40,253 bases of DNA from a virus (lineage: Duplodnaviria > Heunggongvirae > Uroviricota > Caudoviricetes), in the IMG/VR virus record IMGVR_UViG_2740892426_000004, positions 1 to 40,253 of that record. One strand, 5' to 3'. The notes under the pieces are model-generated. The model saw only the letters and a program-made list of their open reading frames with translations. It was not told the origin of the DNA and searched no databases. This document shows, piece after piece, positions 8,250 through 16,970 of the stretch. The translations under genes and the position numbers were made by a program. Position 1 is the first letter of the stretch. Every line of letters begins with the position of its first letter.

Positions 8250-8450
8250 TCAGGCAGCCTTGTTATTCTGTTTACCAAGTTCTCTGGCAATCATTGCCGT
8301 CGTTCGTATTGCCCATTTATCGACATATTTCCCATCTTCTATTACAGGAAACATTTCTTCAGGCTTAACCATGCATTCCGATTGCAGCTTGCATCCATTG
8401 CATCGTTTGAATTGTCCACACCATTGATTCTTATCAATAGTCGTAGTCAT
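8250..8450 (-). CDS. ral: restriction alleviation protein Ral
   Basis: 66-aa ORF MTTTIDKNQWCGQFKRCNGCKLQSECMVKPEEMF... recalled near-identity to lambda Ral. Confidence 0.85.
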   Translation of the reverse strand: MTTTIDKNQWCGQFKRCNGCKLQSECMVKPEEMFPVIEDGKYVDKWAIRTTAMIARELGKQNNKAA

Positions 8451-8520
8451 ACGGATAGTCCTGGTATTGTTCCATCACATCCTGCGGATGCTCTTCGAAC
8501 TCTTCAAATTCTTCTTCCAT
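8434..8520 (-). CDS. possible small acidic peptide (28 aa)
   Basis: ORF MEEEFEEFEEHPQDVMEQYQDYPYDYDY overlapping ral start, position equivalent to lambda orf28; weak. Confidence 0.25.
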   Translation of the reverse strand: MEEEFEEFEEHPQDVMEQYQDYPYDYDY

Positions 8521-8528
8521 ATATCACC

Positions 8529-8828
8529 TCAAATAAGTGGCTTGCTGCCTAATTTCATTTTCTGGCGACCAACACAAGTCACACCCATTTCACTGCGTGG
8601 CTTGCGGTAGTAAATACGGTTCTGTTTACGCTCGACTTCATCTGCCTTCTTGCAGAGAAGGCTGCCAAGTGATGCTGCTTTGTCTGCTCTGACGCAACCA
8701 GAGAGCTTTAGCGCAATCTTCCGCGCCAGTCGCTGTTCTTTCATTGCCTGTTCACGTTGAGCCTGTCTGCGTGCTCTGCGGCGATTTCTGGCGTTATCGT
8801 CAGCCAGATATGTAATGACTACTGTCAT
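8529..8828 (-). CDS. N-like transcription antitermination protein (P22 gene 24-like)
   Basis: 99-aa ORF with N-terminal arginine-rich motif NARNRRRARRQAQREQ; first gene downstream of PL/nutL; GGAGG RBS. Confidence 0.65.
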   Translation of the reverse strand: MTVVITYLADDNARNRRRARRQAQREQAMKEQRLARKIALKLSGCVRADKAASLGSLLCKKADEVERKQNRIYYRKPRSEMGVTCVGRQKMKLGSKPLI

Positions 8829-8855
8829 GTTGACCTCCGATGATTGACTTTAGCG

Positions 8856-8953
8856 GTGACGTGACGTGACGTGACGTGACGTGACGTGACGTGACGTGAC
8901 GTGACGTGACGTGACGTGACGTGACGTGACGTGACGTGACGGGGGGAGGGAGG
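8856..8953. repeat. perfect pentanucleotide microsatellite (GTGAC)x17 followed by G-rich tract GGGGGGAGGGAGG
   Basis: 85 bp of uninterrupted GTGAC units (8856-8940) then 13-nt G-tract; lies in PL transcript leader between nutL and the N-like start. Confidence 0.95.
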
Positions 8954-9018
8954 TTAACTCCCTGATGCTGTCGCGCTGCTGCACTTCACATCACCCCAAA
9001 GCCAACTACTCTTTGGTT

Positions 9019-9059
9019 CCCGCATTTCGGCGGGACAATCCCATCAATGTTAAAGAGCC
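9019..9059 (-). promoter_or_regulatory. nutL (boxA GGCTCTTTAACA and boxB hairpin CCCGC-CGAAAT-GCGGG)
   Basis: boxA-like and boxB stem-loop on minus strand downstream of PL; identical boxB found at nutR. Confidence 0.7.
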
Positions 9060-9099
9060 TGCCAATCTGTTCCGTTTGGCTACCAGCGTCCTGCTGATG

Positions 9100-9180
9100 A
9101 CTTAAATTTAAGATTTCTTTAATTGGTGGTCAAGGGTGTTTTTGAAGAAAACTTAAATTTTATTGCGAAGCTTAAGTTTT
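9100..9180 (-). promoter_or_regulatory. PL promoter with OL operators (P22 c2-type)
   Basis: Minus strand -35 TTGACC (9133-9128), 17-nt spacer, -10 TAAATT; operator ATTTAAGATTTCTTTAAT (9106-9123) nearly identical to OR site; further ACTTAAA/CTTAAGT half-sites 9151-9177. Confidence 0.6.
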
Positions 9181-9195
9181 GCTTTGATTTTTAAA

Positions 9196-9221
9196 GGAAA
9201 GAAAAAAGGGGCGAATGCCCC
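9196..9221 (-). terminator. rho-independent terminator of repressor gene
   Basis: Minus strand GGGGC-ATTC-GCCCC hairpin followed by TTTTTTCTTT directly after c2 stop. Confidence 0.7.
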
Positions 9222-9872
9222 TTATGGAAGGTTTGCTATTTTTGCATCGACAACTACACCGATGATTTTGCAGTTCCCGTTGATCTCAATCATCGGATAT
9301 TGTGGGTTAAGTGGTTTTAGAAACCTCCTGCCAGCATCAATAACTAACTTCTTGAAAGTTGCCTCGTTTTCTCCTTCGAGCTTTGCCACTACCAGCTTCC
9401 CATTACGAGGTTCTACTTCAGGATCGACGAGTATTATCATCCCTTCAGGGATGCTAAGACCGGCTGGAGCCGTCATCGAATCACCTTTTACGTCCAGCCA
9501 AAACGAATCTTCTGAACAATCTACGGTTGTATCGTACCAGTTATCTATTGCACGCTTATGATATGGCTCTACAGCTTCCATCCAACATCCTGCGCTTACC
9601 CAACTAATTAGAGGATACGAACCTCTTGGATCATGCCTGCTGTGATAGGCAATGTTTGAAAGACTATCTTCTCCTTTCAACAAGTAATCAGGGGAGCACT
9701 GCAAAGCCTTGGCTAAGGCCAATAGGTTTTCGCCATTGGGCTCAGTTTCAGAACGCTCCCATTGGGAAATAGCAACATTAGACACGCCAACCATCTTGCC
9801 AAGGGCAGCCTGCCTAATCTTGAGTTCTTTTCTGCGAGCGCGAATACGCTCACCCATCAGTTGTGTATTCAT
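9222..9872 (-). CDS. c2: C2-type (cI-like) prophage repressor, LexA-like autopeptidase fold
   Basis: 216-aa ORF MNTQLMGERIRARRKELKIRQAALGKMVGVSNVAISQWERSETEPNGENLLAL...; recalled near-identity to P22 C2. Confidence 0.9.
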   Translation of the reverse strand: MNTQLMGERIRARRKELKIRQAALGKMVGVSNVAISQWERSETEPNGENLLALAKALQCSPDYLLKGEDSLSNIAYHSRHDPRGSYPLISWVSAGCWMEAVEPYHKRAIDNWYDTTVDCSEDSFWLDVKGDSMTAPAGLSIPEGMIILVDPEVEPRNGKLVVAKLEGENEATFKKLVIDAGRRFLKPLNPQYPMIEINGNCKIIGVVVDAKIANLP

Positions 9873-9940
9873 AGTTAAGACATCTTAAATAAACTTGACT
9901 TAAGATTCCTTTGATAGATAATTTAAGTGTTCTTTAATTT
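9873..9940. promoter_or_regulatory. OR operators with divergent PRM/PR promoters
   Basis: Operator-like 18-mers AGTTAAGACATCTTAAAT (9873-9890) and ATTTAAGTGTTCTTTAAT (9921-9938); PR -35 TTGACT 9895-9900 and -10 ATAATT 9918-9923. Confidence 0.65.
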
Positions 9941-9952
9941 CGGAGCGAGTCT

Positions 9953-10138
9953 ATGTACAAGAAAGATGTTATCGACCACTTCGGAACCCAGCGTGCGGTA
10001 GCTAAAGCGTTAGGCATTAGCGATGCAGCAGTCTCTCAGTGGAAGGAAGTCATCCCAGAGAAAGACGCCTATCGACTGGAAGTCGTTACAGCTGGCGCCC
10101 TGAAGTATCAAGAAAGTGCTTACCGCAAAGCGGCATAA
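9953..10138 (+). CDS. cro: Cro repressor (P22-type)
   Basis: 61-aa ORF MYKKDVIDHFGTQRAVAKALGISDAAVSQWKEVIPEKDAYRLE... recalled near-identity to P22 Cro; GGAG RBS. Confidence 0.9.
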   Translation: MYKKDVIDHFGTQRAVAKALGISDAAVSQWKEVIPEKDAYRLEVVTAGALKYQESAYRKAA

Positions 10139-10144
10139 GCAAAT

Positions 10145-10188
10145 TGCTCTTTAACAGTCATGGTCCTCATTCCCGCCGAAATGCGGGA
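10145..10188 (+). promoter_or_regulatory. nutR (boxA TGCTCTTTAACA and boxB CCCGC-CGAAAT-GCGGG)
   Basis: Same boxA/boxB elements as nutL, located just downstream of cro. Confidence 0.7.
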
Positions 10189-10246
10189 ATACAACGCGCA
10201 TCAGTTGGTGCGTATAACTTCTTATTTGTTAAGGAAATACTTACAT

Positions 10247-10525
10247 ATGCAACTTACAAGTACTCGCAAGAAAGCGAATGCAATCACAAGCAACATCCTA
10301 AATCGAATTGCTGTACGTGGTCAGCGAAAGGTTGCTGATGCATTAGGGATTAATGAATCGCAAATTTCGCGATGGAAAGACAGCTTTATCCCAAAGATGG
10401 CCATGCTTCTGGCTGTGCTGGAGTGGGGTGTTGAAGACGAGGAATTAGCAGAGCTGGCAAAGAAAGTAGCCATGGTGCTGACAAAAGAAAAGCCTCAAGA
10501 CTGCTGCAACAGTTTTGAGGCCTGA
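10247..10525 (+). CDS. c1: CII-like transcriptional activator (P22 C1-like)
   Basis: MQLTSTRKKANAITSNILNRIAVRGQRKVADALGINESQISRWK... HTH protein after cro/nutR; track ORF begins upstream at 10160. Confidence 0.8.
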   Translation: MQLTSTRKKANAITSNILNRIAVRGQRKVADALGINESQISRWKDSFIPKMAMLLAVLEWGVEDEELAELAKKVAMVLTKEKPQDCCNSFEA

Positions 10526-10559
10526 TGTAGAAAGACTGGATCAATCCACAGGAGTAATT

Positions 10560-10721
10560 ATGACAAAACGTCGTAAGAAATACCAGGAAAAAGAAGAGAT
10601 TCGACACCCTGATTCACCTGAGGGATTAGTGGTAGCCGCAGCAAATAACAGGGCGTTCGCAGAGCGCCTTGTTGGTGTTTACAGACTAGCCAAAGCAGGA
10701 GTGAAACATGGGCGTCGTTAA
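10560..10721 (+). CDS. hypothetical small basic protein (53 aa)
   Basis: MTKRRKKYQEKEEIRHPDSPEGLVVAAANNRAFAERLVGVYRLAKAG... with AGGAG RBS 6 nt upstream; overlaps O start. Confidence 0.45.
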   Translation: MTKRRKKYQEKEEIRHPDSPEGLVVAAANNRAFAERLVGVYRLAKAGVKHGRR

Positions 10722-11529
10722 GTTAGCTGATTACAGGCCTCAACTGGAGGTCGTGGAGCATCGCGTGGCAGATACCGAAGATGGTTTCATGCGCGTTGCT
10801 AACGAGATTACCGACAGTCTGCTGATGGCTGATTTAACTGTCCGGCAGTTGAAGGTGATGCTCGCTATCATGCGCAAGACATACGGATTCAATAAGCCGA
10901 TGGATCGACTCACAAACACGCAGATAGCAGCCATGACAGGTATTCATCACACTCATGTTTGCGCTGCCAAGCGCCAGCTTATTGAGCGTAAATTCCTCAT
11001 TGCTGATGGCGTGAAAATAGGAGTGAACAAGGTGGTTTCTCAGTGGATTAGCCAGGACAGCTTAACATTAGCTAAAACAGCTAATAAAACATTAGCCGAG
11101 TTGGCTAATGGGTATAAGCCAAGTCAGCTAAACACAAAAGACAATATACAAAAGACAATAAATACAAATACCCCCTTACCCCCTAACGGGGGCGGCGATG
11201 GGCAGGTTAAACCTGAACGTCGCAAGGCAGAACGAATCGACTACGAATCCTTCCTGAACGCCTACAACACCGAAGTCGGTGACAGACTTCCACACGCTGT
11301 TGCGGTCAACGAGAAACGAAAACGCCGCCTGAAGAAAATCATCCCACAACTGAAAACGCCAAACGTGGACGGTTTCAGAGCGTATGTCAGGGCGTTTGTG
11401 CACCAGGCCAAGCCGTTTTACTTCGGAGACAACGACACGGGCTGGACGGCTGATTTTGATTACCTGTTGAGGGAAGACTCGTTAACGGGAGTTCGGGAAG
11501 GGAAGTTTGCAGACAGGGGGATTGCATGA
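10708..11529 (+). CDS. replication initiation protein O-like (P22 gene 18-like)
   Basis: 273-aa ORF with replisome-organiser-like N-terminal region; AGGAG RBS; translationally coupled to helicase gene; contains ori-like repeats. Confidence 0.75.
   Translation: MGVVKLADYRPQLEVVEHRVADTEDGFMRVANEITDSLLMADLTVRQLKVMLAIMRKTYGFNKPMDRLTNTQIAAMTGIHHTHVCAAKRQLIERKFLIADGVKIGVNKVVSQWISQDSLTLAKTANKTLAELANGYKPSQLNTKDNIQKTINTNTPLPPNGGGDGQVKPERRKAERIDYESFLNAYNTEVGDRLPHAVAVNEKRKRRLKKIIPQLKTPNVDGFRAYVRAFVHQAKPFYFGDNDTGWTADFDYLLREDSLTGVREGKFADRGIA
11060..11190. promoter_or_regulatory. candidate origin of replication inside O-like gene
   Basis: Clustered ATTAGC/GCTAAT inverted repeats (11065-11110) followed by A-rich segment with 12-nt direct repeat ACAAAAGACAAT x2. 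Confidence 0.4.
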
Positions 11530-12902
11530 GACAGGATATCGAAGCGAGCGTTATCGGTGGCCTGCTGATTGGTGGATTAACTCCAACCGCCAGTGACGTT
11601 CTGGCAACGCTTGAGCCGGAAGCGTTTTCAATTCCGCTCTACAGAAAAGCCTTCGAGGTTATCCGCAAGCAGGCGAGAAACAGAAACCTAATCGACGCGC
11701 TGCTGGTTGCCGAGGAGTGCGGAGAGGAGCATTTCACGTCAATCCTGATGACCAGCAAAAACTGCCCGAGTGCCGCAAACCTGAAGGGATATGCCGGAAT
11801 GGTCGCGGATAACTATCACCGCCGTCTGGTGCTGGAAATCATGGATGAAATGCGTGAACCAATTCGGAGCGGAACCATCGACGCATCGAGTCAGGCGATG
11901 GATGAGCTTGTAAAGCGTCTCTCAGCCATCAGAAAGCCCCGTGACGAGGTTAAACCGGTGCGGTTAGGGGAAATCATCACTGACTACACTGACACGCTTG
12001 ACAGGCGTCTGAGGAACGGAGAAGAGTCAGATACCCTGAAGACCGGAATCGAAGAACTTGATGCCATCACCGGAGGGATGAACGCAGAAGACCTTGTGAT
12101 AATCGCTGCTCGTCCTGGTATGGGGAAAACCGAACTGGCGCTGAAGATTGCCGAAGGCGTTGCAAGCCGCGTTATTCCTGGTTCTGACGTCCGGCGCGGA
12201 GTGTTGATTTTCTCGATGGAAATGAGCGCATTGCAGATTGCAGAGCGAAGCATTGCCAACGCCGGGAGGATGCCGGTTAGCGTGCTGCGAAATCCTGCTT
12301 CGATGGATGACGAAGGCTGGGCGCGCGTTGCTAACGGCATGAGTCAGCTTGCAGATTTGGATGTATGGGTAGTCGATGCCTCGCGGTTATCGGTCGAAGA
12401 AATACGCTCAATCGCAGAACGGCACAAACAGGAAAATCCAAACCTGTCACTCATCATGGTGGATTATCTTGGCCTGATTGAGAAGCCGAAAGCAGACCGC
12501 AACGACCTCGCAATTGCTCACATCTCCGGAAGCCTGAAGGCGATGGCGAAAGACCTGAAAACGCCAGTTATCTCCCTGAGTCAGCTTTCGCGCGATGTTG
12601 AGAAGCGACCAAACAAACGCCCGACAAACGCAGATTTGCGTGATTCAGGAAGCATTGAACAGGACGCAGACTCAATCATCATGCTCTATCGGGAAGCAGT
12701 ATATGACGAGAACAGTAGCGCCGCGCCATTTGCTGAAATCATCGTGACGAAAAACCGTTTTGGCTCACTTGGTACGGTTTACCAGCGGTTCTGCAACGGA
12801 CACTTTGTTGCATGTGACCAGGATGAAGCCAGACAGATTTGCACAGCATCAAATGCACCTGCTGCACGTGGCAGACGATATGCACAAGGGGCTGACGTAT
12901 GA
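11526..12902 (+). CDS. replicative DNA helicase, DnaB-like (P22 gene 12-like)
   Basis: 458-aa ORF with Walker [14 protein letters not shown] and DnaB-like helicase motifs. Confidence 0.85.
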   Translation: MRQDIEASVIGGLLIGGLTPTASDVLATLEPEAFSIPLYRKAFEVIRKQARNRNLIDALLVAEECGEEHFTSILMTSKNCPSAANLKGYAGMVADNYHRRLVLEIMDEMREPIRSGTIDASSQAMDELVKRLSAIRKPRDEVKPVRLGEIITDYTDTLDRRLRNGEESDTLKTGIEELDAITGGMNAEDLVIIAARPGMGKTELALKIAEGVASRVIPGSDVRRGVLIFSMEMSALQIAERSIANAGRMPVSVLRNPASMDDEGWARVANGMSQLADLDVWVVDASRLSVEEIRSIAERHKQENPNLSLIMVDYLGLIEKPKADRNDLAIAHISGSLKAMAKDLKTPVISLSQLSRDVEKRPNKRPTNADLRDSGSIEQDADSIIMLYREAVYDENSSAAPFAEIIVTKNRFGSLGTVYQRFCNGHFVACDQDEARQICTASNAPAARGRRYAQGADV

Positions 12903-12927
12903 CCATCTACATCACTGAGCTAATAAC

Positions 12928-12958
12928 AGGCCTGCTGGTAATCGCAGGCCTTTTTATT
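12928..12958 (+). terminator. rho-independent terminator (tR2-like) before nin region
   Basis: AGGCCTGC-TGGTAATC-GCAGGCCT hairpin followed by TTTTATTT. Confidence 0.7.
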
Positions 12959-12975
12959 TGGGGGAGAGGGAAGTC

Positions 12976-13416
12976 ATGAAAAAACTAACCTTTGAAATTC
13001 GATCTCCAGCACATCAGCAAAACGCTATTCACGCGGTACAGCAAATTCTTCCAGACCCAACCAAACCAATCGTAGTAACCATTCAGGAACGCAACCGCAG
13101 CTTAGACCAAAACAGGAAGCTGTGGGCCTGCTTAGGTGACGTCTCTCGTCAGGTTGAATGGCATGGTCGCTGGCTGGATGCAGAAAGCTGGAAGTGTGTG
13201 TTTACCGCAGCATTAAAGCAGCAGGATGTTGTTCCTAACCTTGCCGGGAATGGCTTTGTGGTAATAGGCCAGTCAACCAGCAGGATGCGTGTAAGCGAAT
13301 TTGCGGAGCTATTAGAGCTTATACAGGCATTTGGTACAGAGCGTGGCGTTAAGTGGTCAGACGAAGCGCGACTGGCTCTGGAGTGGAAAGCAAGATGGGG
13401 AGACAGGGCTGCATGA
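12976..13416 (+). CDS. ninB: NinB recombination protein
   Basis: MKKLTFEIRSPAHQQNAIHAVQQILPDPTKPIVVTIQERNRSLDQNRKLWACLGDV... recalled near-identity to lambda NinB; track ORF has 6-codon upstream extension. Confidence 0.9.
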   Translation: MKKLTFEIRSPAHQQNAIHAVQQILPDPTKPIVVTIQERNRSLDQNRKLWACLGDVSRQVEWHGRWLDAESWKCVFTAALKQQDVVPNLAGNGFVVIGQSTSRMRVSEFAELLELIQAFGTERGVKWSDEARLALEWKARWGDRAA

Positions 13417-14285
13417 TAAATGTCGTTAGTTTCTCCGGTGGCAGGACGTCAGCATATTTGCTCTGGCTAATGGAGCAAAAGCGACAGGCAGGTGAAGACG
13501 TGCATTACGTTTTCATGGATACAGGTTGTGAACACCCGATGACATATCGGTTTATCCGCGAAGTTGTGAAGTTCTGGGATATACCGCTCACTGTATTGCA
13601 GGTTGATATCAACCCAGAGCCTGGGCAGCCAAATGGTTATACGGTATGGGAGCCAAAGGATATTCAGACGCGAATGCCTGTTCTGAAGCCATTTATCGAT
13701 ATGGTAAAGAAATATGGCACTCCATACGTCGGCGGCGCGTTCTGCACTGACAGATTAAAACTCGTTCCCTTCACCAAATACTGTGATGACCATTTCGGGC
13801 GAGGGAATTACACCACGTGGATTGGCATCAGAGCTGATGAACCGAAGCGGCTAAAGCCAAAGCCTGGAATCAGATATCTTGCTGAGCTGTCAGACTTTGA
13901 GAAGGAAGATATCCTCGCATGGTGGAAGCAACAACCATTCGATTTGCAAATACCGGAACATCTCGGTAACTGCATATTCTGCATTAAAAAATCAACGCAA
14001 AAAATCGGACTTGCCTGCAAAGATGAGGAGGGATTGCAGCGTGTTTTTAATGAGGTCATCACGGGATCGCATGTGCGTGACGGACATCGGGAAACACCAA
14101 AGGAGATTATGTACCGAGGAAGAATGTCGCTGGATGGTATCGCGAAAATGTATTCAGAAAATGATTATCAAGCCCTGTATCAGGACATGGTACGAGCTAA
14201 AAGATTCGATACCGGCTCTTGTTCTGAGTCATGCGAAATATTTGGAGGGCAGCTTTATTTCGACTTCGGGAGGGAAGCTGCATGA
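13413..14285 (+). CDS. ninC: NinC-like protein (PAPS-reductase-like fold, 290 aa)
   Basis: Starts [15 protein letters not shown] (SGGxxS P-loop-like motif); size matches lambda NinC. Confidence 0.8.
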   Translation: MINVVSFSGGRTSAYLLWLMEQKRQAGEDVHYVFMDTGCEHPMTYRFIREVVKFWDIPLTVLQVDINPEPGQPNGYTVWEPKDIQTRMPVLKPFIDMVKKYGTPYVGGAFCTDRLKLVPFTKYCDDHFGRGNYTTWIGIRADEPKRLKPKPGIRYLAELSDFEKEDILAWWKQQPFDLQIPEHLGNCIFCIKKSTQKIGLACKDEEGLQRVFNEVITGSHVRDGHRETPKEIMYRGRMSLDGIAKMYSENDYQALYQDMVRAKRFDTGSCSESCEIFGGQLYFDFGREAA

Positions 14286-14455
14286 TGCGATGTTATCGGT
14301 GCGGTGAATGCAAAGAAGATAACCGCTTCCGACCAAATCAACCTTACTGGAATCGATGGTGTCTCCGGTGTGAAAGAACACCAACAGGGGTGTTACCACT
14401 ACCGCAGGAAAAGGAGGACGTGTGGCGAGACAGCGACGAAGTATCACCGACATAA
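14282..14455 (+). CDS. ninD: NinD-like zinc-ribbon protein (57 aa)
   Basis: [31 protein letters not shown]... two CxxC pairs; ATGA overlap with ninC stop. Confidence 0.7.
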   Translation: MMRCYRCGECKEDNRFRPNQPYWNRWCLRCERTPTGVLPLPQEKEDVWRDSDEVSPT

Positions 14456-14604
14456 TCTGCGAAAACTGCAAATACCTTCCAACGAAACGCTCCAGAAATA
14501 AACGCAAGCCAATCCAAAAAGAATCTGACGTAAAAACCTTCAATTACACGGCTCACCTGTGGGATATCCGGTGGCTAAGACATCGTGCGAGGAAAACAAG
14601 GTGA
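14422..14604 (+). CDS. ninE: NinE protein
   Basis: 60-aa [54 protein letters not shown]... recalled near-identity to lambda NinE. Confidence 0.85.
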   Translation: MARQRRSITDIICENCKYLPTKRSRNKRKPIQKESDVKTFNYTAHLWDIRWLRHRARKTR

Positions 14605-14771
14605 TTGACCCAAATCGAAGTTACGAACAAGAAAGCGTCGAGCGGGCTTTAACGTGCGCTAACTGCGGTCAGAAGCTGCATGTGCTGGAAGTTCACGTGT
14701 GTGAGCACTGCTGCGCAGAACTGATGAGCGATCCGAATAGCTCAATGTACGAGGAAGAAGACGATGAGTGA
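14601..14771 (+). CDS. ninF: NinF-like protein (GTG start)
   Basis: [56 protein letters not shown] with GAGGA RBS; track ORF begins upstream. Confidence 0.7.
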   Translation: MIDPNRSYEQESVERALTCANCGQKLHVLEVHVCEHCCAELMSDPNSSMYEEEDDE

Positions 14772-15033
14772 TTTCTCTGAGCTTATTTCCTTCAAAAAAG
14801 ACAGAGAAGAAATGCGGACTGAATCTGTCTATTACGTTCAACACCGGAATAAACGCTCGGTGCTTGATCAGAATCTGATTATTACCGGAGACCTGGCATT
14901 CAGAACATATAAGGCCAGCATGGAAATGAAGGATTTCCCTAAATGTGGTTCTGAAAGAGAAGCCGCGTTAAAGCTGGCTGAGTGGATGCAGAGAATGGCT
15001 GCTGCAATTGAGAATTACTGGAGTGAACCATAA
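14764..15033 (+). CDS. hypothetical nin-region protein (89 aa)
   Basis: [35 protein letters not shown]...; no recognisable motif. Confidence 0.5.
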   Translation: MSDFSELISFKKDREEMRTESVYYVQHRNKRSVLDQNLIITGDLAFRTYKASMEMKDFPKCGSEREAALKLAEWMQRMAAAIENYWSEP

Positions 15034-15323
15034 TGGCTAACCTACGCAAAGAAGCACGCGGCAGAGAATGCCAGGTACGTATTTACGGCGTATGCAATGG
15101 CAATCCTGAAACTACAGTTCTGGCACATTACCGGATGGCTGGAATTTGCGGAACGGGAATGAAGCCTGACGACCTGATCGGCGCATGGGCTTGTAGCGCG
15201 TGTCACGATGAAATCGACCGACGCACCCATAACCTCGACAACAAAGACGCCAGACTTTACCACCTCGAAGGCGTGATCAGGACGCAGGCGATACTGCTGA
15301 AGGAGGGGAAGATTAAGTCATGA
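15033..15323 (+). CDS. ybcO: DUF1364 putative nuclease, YbcO-like
   Basis: 96-aa ORF MANLRKEARGRECQVRIYGVCNGNPETTVLAH... Cys/His-rich; recalled similarity to DLP12 YbcO. Confidence 0.75.
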   Translation: MANLRKEARGRECQVRIYGVCNGNPETTVLAHYRMAGICGTGMKPDDLIGAWACSACHDEIDRRTHNLDNKDARLYHLEGVIRTQAILLKEGKIKS

Positions 15324-15844
15324 ACGGTAAAAGATATCCAACACAAAAAGAAATCAATGAATTGTATGAATATAATAGCGAAACAGGTTTGTTTATATAC
15401 AAGAGAAGAGAAAGTGTAAGAGAGTGCTGGAATTCAACATATGCCGGTAAGATTGCTGGTTCTATAGATGAAAAAGGATACGTTCGTATATCTGTAAATA
15501 AAAAAGTTTGTCGAGCTCATAGAATCGCATGGATATCCTTTTATGGAAGTGAACCTGATGGGGAAATTGACCACATAAATGGAATTAAAAGTGATAACAG
15601 AATATGCAATTTGCGCGTTGTAGATGATAAACAGAACTCAAGGAACAGAAAAAAGCCTATTAATAATCGCTCTGGAGTAATGGGTGTTGCCTACTATAAG
15701 AAGAATAAAAAGTGGGGCGCATATATAAACAGTGATAATAAAAAGATATTTCTTGGATTATACGATGACATATCTCTAGCCGTTAATGCCAGAAAATTGG
15801 CGGAATCACGATTGGGGTATCACCATAATCATGGGAGAGGATAA
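15320..15844 (+). CDS. HNH homing endonuclease with AP2-type DNA-binding domain
   Basis: HNH motif GEIDHINGIKSDNRICNLRVV; C-terminal AP2-like SGVMGVAYYKKNKKWGAYI; markedly AT-rich relative to flanking nin genes. Confidence 0.8.
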   Translation: MNGKRYPTQKEINELYEYNSETGLFIYKRRESVRECWNSTYAGKIAGSIDEKGYVRISVNKKVCRAHRIAWISFYGSEPDGEIDHINGIKSDNRICNLRVVDDKQNSRNRKKPINNRSGVMGVAYYKKNKKWGAYINSDNKKIFLGLYDDISLAVNARKLAESRLGYHHNHGRG

Positions 15845-16207
15845 ATGGCAGAATACAGATTCACACTTCCGTACCCACCGTCGCTGAATACCTACTGGCG
15901 AAGACGGGGAAGCCAATACTACATCAGCGATAAAGGCCAGAAATACCGAAAAGATGTACAGCAAATAATCCGCCAACTCAAGTTAGACATTTTCACCAAA
16001 TCACGACTCCGCATCAAAGTCATCGCAGACGTTCCAGACTCCCGCCGCCGCGACCTCGACAACATTCTTAAAGGTTTACTCGACTCCCTTATCCATGCCG
16101 GATTTGCGGAAGACGACGAGCAATTCGACGACATTCGTGTAATTCGTGGTGTGAAAGTACCAGGAGGAAGGCTTGGAATAAAAATCACCGAACTGGAGAA
16201 CGTATGA
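15845..16207 (+). CDS. rusA: RusA-family Holliday junction resolvase
   Basis: 120-aa ORF MAEYRFTLPYPPSLNTYWRRRG...RRRDLDNILKGLLDSL...; characteristic RusA motifs. Confidence 0.85.
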   Translation: MAEYRFTLPYPPSLNTYWRRRGSQYYISDKGQKYRKDVQQIIRQLKLDIFTKSRLRIKVIADVPDSRRRDLDNILKGLLDSLIHAGFAEDDEQFDDIRVIRGVKVPGGRLGIKITELENV

Positions 16208-16392
16208 ACGCCACAATTCAAACGATACCAGAGCTTCTTATCCAGACACGAGGCAATCAGACCGAAGTGGCGAGGATGCTTTCCTGCGCAAGAGGAACAG
16301 TGCTCAAGTACAACCGAGACAGCAAAGGCGAGCGTCACGTAATAGTTAACGGCGTCCTGATGGTCAAACAGGGCAAGAGGGGAAGACGATGA
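16204..16392 (+). CDS. ninH: NinH-like protein
   Basis: 62-aa ORF at lambda ninH position; basic C-terminus. Confidence 0.65.
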   Translation: MNATIQTIPELLIQTRGNQTEVARMLSCARGTVLKYNRDSKGERHVIVNGVLMVKQGKRGRR

Positions 16393-16907
16393 GCATAAGA
16401 GAACTAAACCTCACCAAAGAGCAGCACGAGTGGCTGAGTGGCTGGCTTGAACTGTGGGGAGCATGGGTTTATTCAGGTCGTCTGGAAAAGCGCATGAGCA
16501 GCGTAATAGCGAAGTTCATGGAGAGCGTAGAGCCGGGAAGAGTTATGACAAGGCCAATGTGTAATGATGATGATGGAATGTTGATTTCTCAGGTCGTCGA
16601 TTCCGTCATGTGCATTGACAAGAAAGCCTTTGGCATCCTCCTCAGCTACTACGCTCATGGTTCATCTAAGCGAGCAATTGCATCCTACTATCACGCGACT
16701 GCAAAGCCACGCAAGATGTGTGGACGTGGTGGCGAGGGATGGCGAAAACCTTCACTGGCAACCTGTAGAAACGAAATTGACGACATCCTGAAAGCGTCAT
16801 TATTTGTTTTATACCAGCCAATGCAAAATGCTTTCAAAATGCGTAAACGTGTAGAGAAAGTTAAGCATATTGCTGTTAAAAGTCTTGACATGCAATTAGC
16901 CATTTAG
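16389..16907 (+). CDS. late-gene antiterminator Q (P22 gene 23-like)
   Basis: LELWGAW and PMCNDDDGMLI motifs recalled from P22 gp23; lies immediately upstream of candidate PR', tR' and lysis genes. Confidence 0.7.
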   Translation: MSIRELNLTKEQHEWLSGWLELWGAWVYSGRLEKRMSSVIAKFMESVEPGRVMTRPMCNDDDGMLISQVVDSVMCIDKKAFGILLSYYAHGSSKRAIASYYHATAKPRKMCGRGGEGWRKPSLATCRNEIDDILKASLFVLYQPMQNAFKMRKRVEKVKHIAVKSLDMQLAI

Positions 16908-16914
16908 CCATAAT
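16885..16914 (+). promoter_or_regulatory. candidate late promoter PR'
   Basis: -35 TTGACA (16885-16890), 18-nt spacer, -10 CATAAT (16909-16914), overlapping Q 3' end. Confidence 0.45.
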
Positions 16915-16927
16915 TAGAGGGTAAGCT

Positions 16928-16970
16928 GCCGTTAGTGACTCTTAAGTTGCAACGGTGGCTTTTTTTATTT
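16928..16970 (+). terminator. candidate tR' terminator
   Basis: Imperfect hairpin (CCGTT...AACGG) followed by TTTTTTTATTT about 15 nt downstream of the predicted PR' start. Confidence 0.45.

Noticed and set aside
8856-8940. GTGAC repeat considered as a CRISPR array
   Set aside because: Unit is 5 bp with no intervening spacers; it is a microsatellite, not a repeat-spacer array.
9163-9561. 132-aa plus-strand ORF
   Set aside because: Antisense to the c2 repressor gene and running through its terminator; not supported.
10039-10338. 99-aa plus-strand ORF
   Set aside because: Alternative frame spanning cro 3' end, nutR and c1 5' end; cro and c1 frames are the supported ones.
15919-16338. 139-aa minus-strand ORF
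   Set aside because: Antisense to rusA/ninH, which are well supported; no RBS.
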